In this document: positions 20,575-31,255 of the stretch, piece after piece
How positions within the stretch are numbered: position 1 is the stretch's first letter
Layout of the letters: every line of letters starts with the position of its first letter
Translations under genes and position numbers: made by a program
Source: Promethearchaeota archaeon
Lineage (GTDB): Archaea > Asgardarchaeota > Lokiarchaeia > Sigyniarchaeales > SOKP01
Reading direction: 5' to 3'
Length of the DNA: 64,000 nt
Assembly: GCA_016839555.1 (NCBI GenBank)
Contig: JAEOUA010000008.1
Location: 1-64,000 of the forward strand
The notes under the pieces: generated by a model
Database searches by the model: none
What the model was told of the DNA's origin: nothing
What the model saw: only the letters and a program-made list of their open reading frames with translations

Positions 20575-21168
20575 CTTGAATCACCTTAAAATCTATATAT
20601 TTTGCTTAGTTTTTAATTTTCTTTTTTATATCGTTTCTAATATACTTGTAGAACCAAAATCTATTTCTTATAGAAAATGCTCAGATATAATTTTTTAATT
20701 GAAAAAGGATTATTAAGCTTTTTAAAATTTCAATATTCCTCTCTTTTTTCTATTTTATTTAGACTGTAGAAATAAATAATTTTTATGATACGTGAATAAA
20801 TTTATTCTAAGAAGAATATACTAATTAACTCTTTTTTTTATAATATTAATATCAAACATAATTCTCTTAAGCTAGCAACTAATTTATCTTTTTTTTCCAT
20901 TAAACCTTAATTCTTCATAGTTTTCTTTTTTTAGGATGTGATCTATTACATTATAATTTAATTGATACCTTAGTATGGTAGAAATTAATATTATAGATAT
21001 CAAATAGAAATAATTTGCTTTAGCTAGAAATATTTTTGATTAAAAAAAAAATAAACCATTAAGTTTTTAATCAATCGTAAGTGATTATTAACTTAATCTT
21101 TAAAAAAAATATTAAGATTCAATTTAAAAAAAATAATCATAATAAATTAATAAGGATGTGAAAAATTA

Positions 21169-23274
21169 ATGCCTTTATTTGGTGGCGGAGAAAAAGAAAA
21201 AAAGAAGAGAAAAGAAATTGGGTGGGATGTTGAGGATGCCGAGGAAAAACTTGAAGCAGAAGGATTAAGAAGAACAGAAATGGACGTTGGCCGTGTCGAA
21301 TTAATTGATACTGACAAATCTACTCCTGTCATCGAAACGTATGATGAAGATACTGGGGAATTAGAAGGAGCTATCGCGCTAAAAGATGGAAACAGAGAGG
21401 GACTTCTGGCAATTGTGAAGATTATGGAGGAAGTAAATGTAGAGCAGGACCATGAAGCAAAGATTAAATCTATCGATTTTAAAGGTAAACTGAATGTCGA
21501 AAATCCCTCAAAAAAGGATCGTTTATGGGATATCGATTTAAGCTTAAAAAATATAGAAGGAACTAACTTAAAATCTGAAGAGATAAAAATAATTGAATTA
21601 GGTACAGATAAAGATAATAATGTGGATTCAAGAGACTTTAAATTGAGCGGTGAAGCAAAGAATTTACTTCTAGTGAAAGAATATATTAATAGTTTGCCTG
21701 ATGCTGATAGAGTTTTAAATAGAAGAGATATCGAACGAGATTTGGACAGAATTGAGGAAGAAGAAATTGAAGAAGAGTCCACTTCAAGTCAAGCGTTTAA
21801 TTTAGAATCTTATGCTATCCCTATTCAAAAAGAAAATCCAGTCCACTTTACGATTGCTATTAAAAATTTATTTCCGTCTGCAGTGAAAAATATAGAATTA
21901 ACTAAGGAGATTCCTAACGATTTCTTGGACGTAAATATTACTGATACTTCTGCAGGATATGCGGATGTTGGAGAGGGGCAAATTGTATGGACTATCGAAG
22001 AAAAAATCCCTTCTGGAAGCACAATCCTTCTGAAATTTAATGCTTCTGTTATGGCAGAAAGTATTGATAAAATAAGCACCGGAACTATTGATGTCAAATA
22101 CAAAGGAATGTCCTCTTTTGCGAAAGGCTTGGCAATAGACAAATTTGATGCATATACTCGAAACAGATTTTATGTGGATGCTATAGAAAGAGATGAAGAA
22201 CCCGAAGTATGGGATTGCTCTCTCGTGTTTGAAAACACTTCTGAATTTATCTTACAGCTATTAAATGCAGATGTCTATTCTCCTGAGGATGAGTCAGTGA
22301 AATTAGTGGATGTAGACCCTAATGATGTGCCTCCTCTACCGGCCGGCGCACGATGGTTCAGTAAATCTTGGATGTACGAGTCATCGGATATTCCACGATT
22401 TAGTAAACTACTCGAATTTCGAGTAATGCCCGATTTCCAGACAACTGTTAATGGAACCTTAGCTATTGATCAGGTAGAATTATATGTTGCCAGCATCACT
22501 GGAGATGTTGTATATAGTCGTAAAGAAGAGATCAAAAAGAGAGTTGTAGAAACTATCGCAATTCCTACATATAAAGAAACACCTGTCTATGCATCTCTAA
22601 TGATTGAAAATAATGGGTCAGCACCATTTAATGAACTCAAAATCATTCATAGAAACTTTACTTCTGAATTTCGACCTCCCTCTAAGGATGAAATAACAGT
22701 ATTGTGGGATGATAGTGAAATTGAAGTTGATCCAGATGCCATAAGTGTTTCAAAAGAAACGCTTCAAATTTCTATGCGAAATTTAAAAGATTCTACAACT
22801 GGAATGTTTGAACCAGAATCAGTCATAGAAATTCGATATCCTATTCACGGAATGAACCCATCGAAAGAAGCTGTATTCGAATCTGAGGTTGTTTACCTAG
22901 CAAATACTTTACCCGTTAGTCAGGAAATTGAATTCGTTCCAGAAGTACCAGTTATTGAATCTGTTCATCTTAGAAGAAAATTCCGTGTTGGGAAAGAAGT
23001 TATGCCCATTGGAGACCTTGGGACTTACAAAATCATTTTATCCATTGAAAATATTGGTGAAATGCCATTAGAGAACTTAGTATTAATGGATAAAGTGCCA
23101 GATTCTTTCGAATATGGAGAATATTCTATGAAACCAGAAATAACCGATGAAGTGGGAGAAGACACGCTTAAATGGGAAATTGATGAGTTAGAACCAGCCG
23201 AAAGATTAGAAATAACCTATGAGATTACAGGTAAGGGAGAGTATCATCCATCGGATGCCCAGCTCGCCTTATAA
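21169..23274 (+). CDS. Cytoplasmic multi-beta-sandwich protein with mu-homology-like N-terminal part and DUF11/Ig-like domains
   Basis: No signal peptide; IVKIMEEVNVEQDHEAKIKSIDFKGKLNV, FTIAIKN..VKNIELTKEIP..GQIVWTI, TIDVKYKGMSSFAKGLAI; strong similarity to the upstream paralogue. Confidence 0.7.
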   Translation: MPLFGGGEKEKKKRKEIGWDVEDAEEKLEAEGLRRTEMDVGRVELIDTDKSTPVIETYDEDTGELEGAIALKDGNREGLLAIVKIMEEVNVEQDHEAKIKSIDFKGKLNVENPSKKDRLWDIDLSLKNIEGTNLKSEEIKIIELGTDKDNNVDSRDFKLSGEAKNLLLVKEYINSLPDADRVLNRRDIERDLDRIEEEEIEEESTSSQAFNLESYAIPIQKENPVHFTIAIKNLFPSAVKNIELTKEIPNDFLDVNITDTSAGYADVGEGQIVWTIEEKIPSGSTILLKFNASVMAESIDKISTGTIDVKYKGMSSFAKGLAIDKFDAYTRNRFYVDAIERDEEPEVWDCSLVFENTSEFILQLLNADVYSPEDESVKLVDVDPNDVPPLPAGARWFSKSWMYESSDIPRFSKLLEFRVMPDFQTTVNGTLAIDQVELYVASITGDVVYSRKEEIKKRVVETIAIPTYKETPVYASLMIENNGSAPFNELKIIHRNFTSEFRPPSKDEITVLWDDSEIEVDPDAISVSKETLQISMRNLKDSTTGMFEPESVIEIRYPIHGMNPSKEAVFESEVVYLANTLPVSQEIEFVPEVPVIESVHLRRKFRVGKEVMPIGDLGTYKIILSIENIGEMPLENLVLMDKVPDSFEYGEYSMKPEITDEVGEDTLKWEIDELEPAERLEITYEITGKGEYHPSDAQLAL

Positions 23275-23365
23275 ATTCTTTTTGTAAATATAAATCTATT
23301 TTTTTTTATTACCTTTTTATTAATGCTTAAGCCAAATCATCTTACTCTTTTATAAAGATTTCTTG

Positions 23366-26131
23366 TTATTGGTTGAGATCTGGAATTGATTTTTGTTTAT
23401 TTATTGTCCAAAGTGGTAAATCCGTTTTTTGTTTAATAATAAATTTATTTTCTTTTAAAAAGGTGATTTCTTTTTTAATATCTTCTTTCTTATACCCAAA
23501 ATTCAATAGTTCGGTGAAAAGTGCTTCAGTAATAATATATAATTTACTTTGAAATAATTCAATAATAAATTCCCTTAAATTAGTGTGAACTACAGTAAAT
23601 TTTTTCTCAATTTTTTCTTTGGGTTTTGGTAATTTGATTTTGTTAATAATTTCAAGCTTTTTCTTCTTCCCCCATTCAAAATCTGTTATACTTTGAATTT
23701 TTCGGTCATAACCACCATAAATAATCTGTTTCACCCCTTCTCTCTTATTATAAAGAGAAATTATTGACTGAATCGAAGTTTTTCCCGTGGTTTTCCATTT
23801 TAATTTTATATCTGTTGAATCCAATTTATTATTCTGATATACACTTAATTTTCCATGGGAACCACCAACTATTAATTCTTGTGCTCCATCGTCATCTATA
23901 TCGTCAACGCATAATGTTAAAGGTCTTCCTTCGGTAGTTTTAATGTATAATAGCCGATCTCCACTACTATTGAGAATTTTTAAATGAGAATCATTACAAG
24001 CGATGATAATCTCATTATAACCATTATTTGTTATATCAACAACACGAATATCATTAATTCTTTTGCTTAAATCTTTTTGCCATAAGATTTCCAAACTATT
24101 ATTCTCTATGTATATTAGCTGTAAAATACCATTTTGAGTACCTACTAAAAGTCCTAAAATTGGATTTTTTAATTCAGGTAGTTTTAGAGCGCCAACTGTA
24201 CAAGCGGTAACCCATGAGGAATAATAAAGAATAAATTTAGGTTCTTTTGACTCAAGCCCTTCATATATTTTTACTTTTTTCCTTTCTAGACCGAAAATAA
24301 AATCCATGATACCATTTCTGTTTAAATCTCCCGCGCAACAACATAATATCTTTCCTTGGCTTTTTTGATGAAATATTCCCTGTAATTTTTCTTTTTGTTT
24401 ATCGAATTTGAGAACCAGCATATTTCCATCACCCGTTCCTGCCAGAATCTCTTCTATCCCGTCTTGATCAAAGTCTATTGAAAAGGCACAGCGAACCCAT
24501 CCATCAAATTCAATAGAACTTAATAATTTAGCATTTTGATCTAATAAAAACAGTTTTTTATCATGTCCTCCATAAATAAGATACACTTTTTCTTTAGTTT
24601 TTAATGTGCAACAAGTTAAAATTGCTCCTGTAGTATTGAAATCCCAATTAAAATCATAATTTTTAGAGACGAGCGCTCCTTTTCTTTCATTTTCTATTTT
24701 TTCTTCAATTTCGGCTTTTATCTCTGAAAATTTTTCAACAAGCCTCTCATCATTAATTTTTTGTGCTAAATTAATGATATCAGTACAATTTAGAAGAGCA
24801 TTTTGTAATCGTTTTTTTTCTTTATTTGTTTTTAATTCTAAATCCAATTCTTTTATCTGGTCTCCAATTTTTTGTTCCTCATTTCTTTGACGAATATTAT
24901 CCTTAGTATCCTCAATAAGTTGTGCATATTGGCTAATAATGTCTTCTCTTTCAATAGAGGTACTCAATTCTATTATTTTATTGGAAATCTCAATTACTTC
25001 TTCATAATTTTTTTGATCTTGGTCTTTTTTAATTTGTGTTTCTAACTCTTCTATTATATTTATAATTTCCTTTTGTTGTTTAATTTTGTATTTTTCTTCC
25101 ATTAACAGAATAATTTCATCTTTTTGTTTAGTATATTCCTCCCATGTTTTCTCATTATTGATTAAGCTTGCTAATTGAATCACTTCTAATGCAATTTCTA
25201 AAGCTTCTTCGTAATTCTTTCTTTTTTTTACTTCTTTAAATTGTTTTTGTAATTGCGTAATTTTATTATCAAGTACTGCTTTTTCCTTTTCCTTTTCAAT
25301 CTCCTTTTTAATTTCATCGATGATTTTTAGATATTCCTTTTTTTTATTTTTCAAGTTTATAGAGCTGGCAAGATCAATAATTTCCTCGCAATGATTAATG
25401 GCTACATTATATCTTCCCGAATCTCGATTCTCTTTAACTTTTTCCTCTAACACTGCAACATTGCTTTCAATTTTTTCTTTTTCTATTTCTTCAATAATAG
25501 ATTTATATTTATTTTCAATTCCTTTTTTTCTAATAGATTTCGCGATTATAATGATCTCTTCACTTTTTGTAATAGCATCTTCGAATAATTGGTTTTTTCG
25601 ATCTTTTTCTACTCCTTCTTCTAATTTACCAATCTCTTGTAGTTTATTATGGAAATTTTCCTCAGCTTCTTTTATCTCATTCCTTAAAATTCTTAATTGC
25701 TCATTAAAATATATATCTTTTTTTTCCCTCACTAAATCTTCTACGACATCTACTTTAGAAAGAGCCTCCTCAAATTTAGTCAGCTTTTTAAGTTTATTCG
25801 CTTCTTTTATAATATCTTCTACTTTTTCTAATAATTCCGAATCGATTTTTTCTTCTGTGAAATAAAATTTATAATCATATCTTTTCTGTTCAAGCCCCAT
25901 ATCTATACAAGTACTTAGAATAATATTTTTGTAAAAATTTTGCCACATTGCCAGATTTTCGGAAAACCCAGAAGTTTTTAATCTTTCAGTAGCGTCAATT
26001 CGCTTTATATCTATGACATCACGCTTTATAAAATCCTCTCTCTTATATTTTAAGAGATATTGTTTTATTTCATCTTCACGCTCTACAAAAAGCGATTTAT
26101 ACTTTTTAAATAACTCGTCTAATTTTTCCAT
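23366..26131 (-). CDS. Helical-repeat (TPR/MIT-like) + FG-GAP-type beta-propeller + C-terminal winged-helix-like protein
   Basis: ~5 repeats of type K..NYEEAL..A.EII.LA..I; blades DFDQDGIEEILAG, DLNRNGIMDFIFG, DITNNGYNEIIIA, DIDDDGAQELIVG. Confidence 0.75.
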   Translation of the reverse strand: MEKLDELFKKYKSLFVEREDEIKQYLLKYKREDFIKRDVIDIKRIDATERLKTSGFSENLAMWQNFYKNIILSTCIDMGLEQKRYDYKFYFTEEKIDSELLEKVEDIIKEANKLKKLTKFEEALSKVDVVEDLVREKKDIYFNEQLRILRNEIKEAEENFHNKLQEIGKLEEGVEKDRKNQLFEDAITKSEEIIIIAKSIRKKGIENKYKSIIEEIEKEKIESNVAVLEEKVKENRDSGRYNVAINHCEEIIDLASSINLKNKKKEYLKIIDEIKKEIEKEKEKAVLDNKITQLQKQFKEVKKRKNYEEALEIALEVIQLASLINNEKTWEEYTKQKDEIILLMEEKYKIKQQKEIINIIEELETQIKKDQDQKNYEEVIEISNKIIELSTSIEREDIISQYAQLIEDTKDNIRQRNEEQKIGDQIKELDLELKTNKEKKRLQNALLNCTDIINLAQKINDERLVEKFSEIKAEIEEKIENERKGALVSKNYDFNWDFNTTGAILTCCTLKTKEKVYLIYGGHDKKLFLLDQNAKLLSSIEFDGWVRCAFSIDFDQDGIEEILAGTGDGNMLVLKFDKQKEKLQGIFHQKSQGKILCCCAGDLNRNGIMDFIFGLERKKVKIYEGLESKEPKFILYYSSWVTACTVGALKLPELKNPILGLLVGTQNGILQLIYIENNSLEILWQKDLSKRINDIRVVDITNNGYNEIIIACNDSHLKILNSSGDRLLYIKTTEGRPLTLCVDDIDDDGAQELIVGGSHGKLSVYQNNKLDSTDIKLKWKTTGKTSIQSIISLYNKREGVKQIIYGGYDRKIQSITDFEWGKKKKLEIINKIKLPKPKEKIEKKFTVVHTNLREFIIELFQSKLYIITEALFTELLNFGYKKEDIKKEITFLKENKFIIKQKTDLPLWTINKQKSIPDLNQ

Positions 26132-26359
26132 TATTTTTTTTAATTCAGAGAATTCTCTACTTAAGTATCAATAATCTAAATATAATAAGAAACTAATTTA
26201 AACATTTTTGAAAAGAAAATATGGAAAACTCTTAATTAAAATTATAATTAATAATAATCCTATTACTATTATATTTATATACAACGAGATTATTTATGGC
26301 TTTTGATATTACTTTTATAATTAAATATTATAAAATAATAATGACTGAGTAGAAAATCA

Positions 26360-27937
26360 TTGGCAAAAAGTAAAGTAAATAGAATTATTTTATGCATAAT
26401 TGATGATGTTAGGAGCAAGCAATTTTTTCATTTGATTAATAAAGGTTTACTTCCCAATTGTAAGACTTTAATGGAAAATGGGATTTATTCCAAGAATTGT
26501 GTAACTGACTTTCCCGCAATCACTTATCCTACGCAAGTGTCAATAATAACTGGAACATATACAGGTGATTATAGACATGAGAAATGTCATGGAATTCCTT
26601 TATCTAATTGGATGGGTAGAGATTATAATCCCCCACTCATACGGAATTATGGTTCTACTAAATTAGAAATTTATAAAATGAATGAAGATATGGGAAAAAA
26701 TTGTCAAACAATATGCGAAATGATCCCTGAAGGAAATAAAACAAGCATCGCCCAATTTATTAATAGAGGTGTAGACTATTTCTTTCCAAATCGCAAGATT
26801 AAGCTAATTTTTTATTATTTATTGATTAATTATTACAAAAATATCAAAACAATTATTAAATATACGAATAATATTGTCGTTCAAAAATTATTAGAGACTT
26901 TTAAACATCCTACTAAATATTTTGAGACTAATGAAGCTCCAATTTGCTCACTTATTTGGTTTTTAACATCAGATGTTTTAATGCATAGATATGGAAATTC
27001 AGACCCACTATATAAATTGAATCTTTTACATATCGATCGAGTTATTGGAAAATTAATTGCGGGGTTAAAACAATTAGGATATTTAGAAGATACGGCAATT
27101 GCTATCACTTCAGATCATGGGAATTATAGAGCAAATAAAATTGGTAATTTGGATAATATATACGAGGGGCTTGGTCTTGTAAATTATCACCAACGAAAAA
27201 ATATTAGCGTAAATGTGAATATAGCTGAATTCGGAGCACTAGGATTTTTCTATTTTAAATATAACAATTTAGATAGAAAAATTAGATGGGGAAATCCTTC
27301 AATAGAGGAATTGGAGAAATTTGGTCCTAAAAAGATTAATTTATTTGATAAATTGTTTAAAATAGAAGGAACTAAGTTAATGTATTATAAAGATAATAAT
27401 AATACCCATCAGAAAGGACAAATCTTTTTAAAAAGGAGAGTTGGAAAAGAAAATTGTATCCATGGAAGAATAGAATATCGGGGTACAGGAAAACAAATGC
27501 AAGCTCGATATATTTTTGAAAATAATAATGAAAGAGATGTGTTTGGATATTGTAAAGATAAAAGAGCGAGCACATATTTAGATGGAAAATTTCATTCTAT
27601 TGAGGAGTGGTTAGAAGCAACGCATCATTTAGATTTTCCTCTTTATCCGGATCTACTTTGTAGGCATTTTAAAAATCCTCGAAGCGCAGATATAATTTTG
27701 AGCACTGAGGGAACAATTGTTTATAATATTCAGCATGGTAGAAAGAAAAGTAATAATCTATATTCACACGATATTGGTGCGAGAAAGAGTTCAATTGTTC
27801 CCTTAATCATTTCTGGCTCAAATGATATTCCAAAAAGAGAAATAACTTTTTGTAAAATTACTGATATTGTCTCCACGCTTCTAAAATTATTGGGTACCCA
27901 TCCAGCAGAAAGTGCTATAGGAAAAAGTCTAATTTAG
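26360..27937 (+). CDS. Alkaline-phosphatase superfamily (nucleotide pyrophosphatase/phosphodiesterase type) enzyme
   Basis: IILCIIDD, FPAITYPTQVSIITG, DVLMHRYG, ITSDHG. Confidence 0.85.
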   Translation: MAKSKVNRIILCIIDDVRSKQFFHLINKGLLPNCKTLMENGIYSKNCVTDFPAITYPTQVSIITGTYTGDYRHEKCHGIPLSNWMGRDYNPPLIRNYGSTKLEIYKMNEDMGKNCQTICEMIPEGNKTSIAQFINRGVDYFFPNRKIKLIFYYLLINYYKNIKTIIKYTNNIVVQKLLETFKHPTKYFETNEAPICSLIWFLTSDVLMHRYGNSDPLYKLNLLHIDRVIGKLIAGLKQLGYLEDTAIAITSDHGNYRANKIGNLDNIYEGLGLVNYHQRKNISVNVNIAEFGALGFFYFKYNNLDRKIRWGNPSIEELEKFGPKKINLFDKLFKIEGTKLMYYKDNNNTHQKGQIFLKRRVGKENCIHGRIEYRGTGKQMQARYIFENNNERDVFGYCKDKRASTYLDGKFHSIEEWLEATHHLDFPLYPDLLCRHFKNPRSADIILSTEGTIVYNIQHGRKKSNNLYSHDIGARKSSIVPLIISGSNDIPKREITFCKITDIVSTLLKLLGTHPAESAIGKSLI

Positions 27938-28173
27938 AAAATACTTATAATAAAAAGATCAAAAAAAGTATAATAAATTATAATATTTATTTCTGATTCA
28001 ATACGAATCTTTTATTATTGATGTTCTTACCATAAATAACAGGGTTTTGTAATTATATATTAAAATAATAAATTTATATTTAGAATGATCAAAAATATAT
28101 ATATAAAATATATAGATTAATATTATATTCTATATTTCTTTAATCAAAAACAAATAAAAGATAGGAAACAAAA

Positions 28174-29184
28174 ATGTATAATATTGAGACTCGTAAAGTT
28201 CAACAAACTGGGGGCTCATCTTATATAGTGAGTCTTCCAAAACCATGGATAGAAAAAAATAATATTGAGAAAAAAGATACGGTAGGGATTATAGCACAAC
28301 CCGATGGAAATCTGTTAATCACTCCTAAGATTAATTCCGAAGACATTTTAAAATCGAAAGAAATTATTGCCGATGAGTATGAAGATTATAATTTCTTATT
28401 TCGAGTACTAATCTCAACATATATCATGGGATTTTCACAGATTATCATAAAATCCAGTAAAAAATTTGAACCCTTTATTAGAAATTGTATTACGGATTTC
28501 ACTCAAATTACGATTGGTCCAGAAATTGTGGAGGAAACTAATACGTATATTTCGATAAAGGATCTTCTTAATCCAAAAGAAATGCCCTTTGATAAAACAA
28601 TCAAGCGAATGTATATTTTAGCAGAGAGCATGCATGAAGATGCAATTAGAGCTTTAAAAGAAAAAAACAAAAAATTAGCTGATGAGGTTATTAATCGAGA
28701 CGATGATATCGACAGATTGCATTGGCTAATCGGCAGGCAATCGAATATAGTTCTGAGAGATATTATGCTTTCTCAAAAAATGGGAATCAATCTGGAGGAT
28801 GCTAATTATTACCAGCAAATGAGTAGATATCTGGAACGAATAGCGGACCATGCGGTTAGAGTCGCACGAAACGTTAAAAACTTAATCAAAAACGGAATTA
28901 AACAGGAATTAATCGAAAAAATCTCAAACGCAAGTAAAATTGCCTTAGAACTTTTAAATCAGAGTTTAACGGCGAGGATGAATAAAGATATAAAATTGGC
29001 AAATGAAAATATTGAATCTGTGTCTAAATTAGTAAATGCATGTGAAAATATTACGCTTGAACCTATTCAAAACTATATAGATACATCCATAGCCATAGGT
29101 TATATTGTCGAAAGTATCAGAAGAACGGGTGAGTACTCTGCTGATATTTCTGAGCTTGTTATTAATAATTTAATAAATTCTTAA
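28174..29184 (+). CDS. phoU: Archaeal phosphate-uptake regulator (AbrB + PhoU domains)
   Basis: ETRKVQQTGGSSYIVSLPKPW; RDDDIDRL; YLERIADHA. Confidence 0.92.
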   Translation: MYNIETRKVQQTGGSSYIVSLPKPWIEKNNIEKKDTVGIIAQPDGNLLITPKINSEDILKSKEIIADEYEDYNFLFRVLISTYIMGFSQIIIKSSKKFEPFIRNCITDFTQITIGPEIVEETNTYISIKDLLNPKEMPFDKTIKRMYILAESMHEDAIRALKEKNKKLADEVINRDDDIDRLHWLIGRQSNIVLRDIMLSQKMGINLEDANYYQQMSRYLERIADHAVRVARNVKNLIKNGIKQELIEKISNASKIALELLNQSLTARMNKDIKLANENIESVSKLVNACENITLEPIQNYIDTSIAIGYIVESIRRTGEYSADISELVINNLINS

Positions 29185-29305
29185 AACTTTTTTTATGCTT
29201 TTTATAGCTTTTTTTAACATTTAATAAAAAAATTTTGATTAATTGAAATTATTAAGGTAGAAATAATTATTCAAAATAATTTTGGTATATAAAATAAAAA
29301 TATAC

Positions 29306-30400
29306 TTATACTTTTTTTGGTGGAGGGACAAAAACTTCTCGTAAACCGGTCCGTTTTAAAATTATCGCTTCTTCAGGACAATGGTGTACACAGAGACCGC
29401 AGCCAATACATTTATTTTCATTCAAAACTGCAATTGTATCTTCTAAGTGAATTGTTTCCATTGGACAAATATTAACGCAGGTACCACATCCAATACATTT
29501 CTCATCAATAATTTGGGAAATATATGAAGTGTAACAATGATATGGCATGATTCCCTTATAATAAAGCTGGAAAATTCCACAACAGCATTTACAGCAATTA
29601 CATAAAGCTTCCTCTTCTTTTTCTGTATCAGAATGAATATGAAAGGCTTTATGAACTAATCCATCATCTTCAGCAGAAATTAATAATTTTATTACCTCTT
29701 CTTTACTTGCTGGTCTTCCGAAGTTATGATCAATTACAAACTGAGCACTTTTACCGAATAGAAAGCAGTTCTTTCGCTCATCAGTGACCTTACATGGATC
29801 CCCTAATAGATCTTTCTCGTGTCGACAATAACAATGAACTAACGCTATATTATCATAATTATCAATAATTTTCGAAACTTCCTCAAAAGGAATAACTGTT
29901 TCTCCTTTTATATCCTTAATTTCTTCCTCCACAGGAACGATTCTATCAATGGGAGGGAAGTTTTTAAATTGGGGTACTATATTTTCATAATTACTTTGAG
30001 TAATTTCGCTCATTTCTTTAAAGAGTTTATCAAATAGCTGTACTAATCTTTTTTCTTTTTCGCTAGTTTCTCCTTTCATGAGAGTATATTCAAAAATGCC
30101 AGGAAAAGGAGACATTAAACGATATACTGTTATTCTTTTGGATCGTGATTGAGTTCCCACTATAATACCATTATTCATCAAATCATTAAGAATTTTCAAG
30201 ATAGTTTCTTCATTTAAATCAGTCTTTTTTTTGATTTGATCCATATTTAGGCTAGGCTTTAAAAACACAGAAGCAATGAATTCTGCATATTCTTCCTTGA
30301 TTAGGATCTGCAATATTTCAATTAAAGTTTGATTGATAGGAAAAGGTATATTCCCAGCATTTACAATTCTCCTTGCTACTTTATACCATGTTTTGTCTAT
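29306..30400 (-). CDS. HTH + 4Fe-4S ferredoxin domain protein; N-terminus extended beyond the ORF call
   Basis: CYCR, CNCCKCCC, two CxxCxxCxxxCP motifs; frame open upstream (IDKTWYKVARRIVNAGNIPFPINQTLIEILQ) with only ATA/ATT codons available as starts. Confidence 0.8.
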   Translation of the reverse strand: MDKTWYKVARRIVNAGNIPFPINQTLIEILQILIKEEYAEFIASVFLKPSLNMDQIKKKTDLNEETILKILNDLMNNGIIVGTQSRSKRITVYRLMSPFPGIFEYTLMKGETSEKEKRLVQLFDKLFKEMSEITQSNYENIVPQFKNFPPIDRIVPVEEEIKDIKGETVIPFEEVSKIIDNYDNIALVHCYCRHEKDLLGDPCKVTDERKNCFLFGKSAQFVIDHNFGRPASKEEVIKLLISAEDDGLVHKAFHIHSDTEKEEEALCNCCKCCCGIFQLYYKGIMPYHCYTSYISQIIDEKCIGCGTCVNICPMETIHLEDTIAVLNENKCIGCGLCVHHCPEEAIILKRTGLREVFVPPPKKV

Positions 30401-30531
30401 TTTAATAAATATCCCTTTTTTTTAAATATTTAAAAGAATTTTTAAATGAAAAAGTTGTAATAAAAAAGCTAATAATATTGAAAAAGTTAATCATTAATAT
30501 CCAACTCATAAACAGCTAAAAATGGAAATGA

Positions 30532-30954
30532 TTAAAGAGGTTCCTTTACTAAATAATATACTTTAGAAGAACCACATTTTGGGCAGTCTGTTTTCTTTTC
30601 TTTGGATGCATTTTCATCCTGCCATTCATAATCACATTTAAGGCATCCGTATCCTTTAAATCCTTTTTTAAATCTGATGTTGCCCCCAATCACTCTAATT
30701 TGCTTTCCTTCAATTAACGCCTTTGTGACGACTTTATGAGCACTTTCCAATACTCTTGAGAATGTGGGTTGCGAGACATTCATTTTATCGGCAGCATCTT
30801 TTTGAGTGAGATTTATGTAATGTTTCAATCTCATTGCTTCAAATTCCGCAATACTCATAGTTATGGAATTTTCTGGTATAGGTGAGGTATCTGTAAAATA
30901 AAAACTATTAGGGGGAGGGTATTTTACATGTCTCCTCATCGTTCGTCTTCCCAA
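30532..30954 (-). CDS. DUF134 family predicted DNA-binding protein with Zn ribbon
   Basis: EFEAMRLKH..LTQKDAADKMNVSQPTFSRVLESA; CLKC..CPKC. Confidence 0.9.
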   Translation of the reverse strand: MGRRTMRRHVKYPPPNSFYFTDTSPIPENSITMSIAEFEAMRLKHYINLTQKDAADKMNVSQPTFSRVLESAHKVVTKALIEGKQIRVIGGNIRFKKGFKGYGCLKCDYEWQDENASKEKKTDCPKCGSSKVYYLVKEPL

Positions 30955-31255
30955 GACTATTCAACCTCTTTCTTATTTTTTCCGCATTTGTTATTATATC
31001 GTATTTTAACCATTATTCAGATTGTTCCCTTAATAATTTAGCTAGTATTTTTTCTGGTATAGGAAAAACAAGACCAAATATTTTGAGCTTATAAATATTA
31101 ATTATTGTTTGATTATCCTATGCTATTATTATTATTATTGAATGTTTATTTAAAATTTTTTCATATATAAAATAAGCTAAAGAAATTTTCATGCTATATT
31201 TATAAATATAAGTTTAACATATTTTATTGAATTAACAAAAATAATAAACTTTTTA

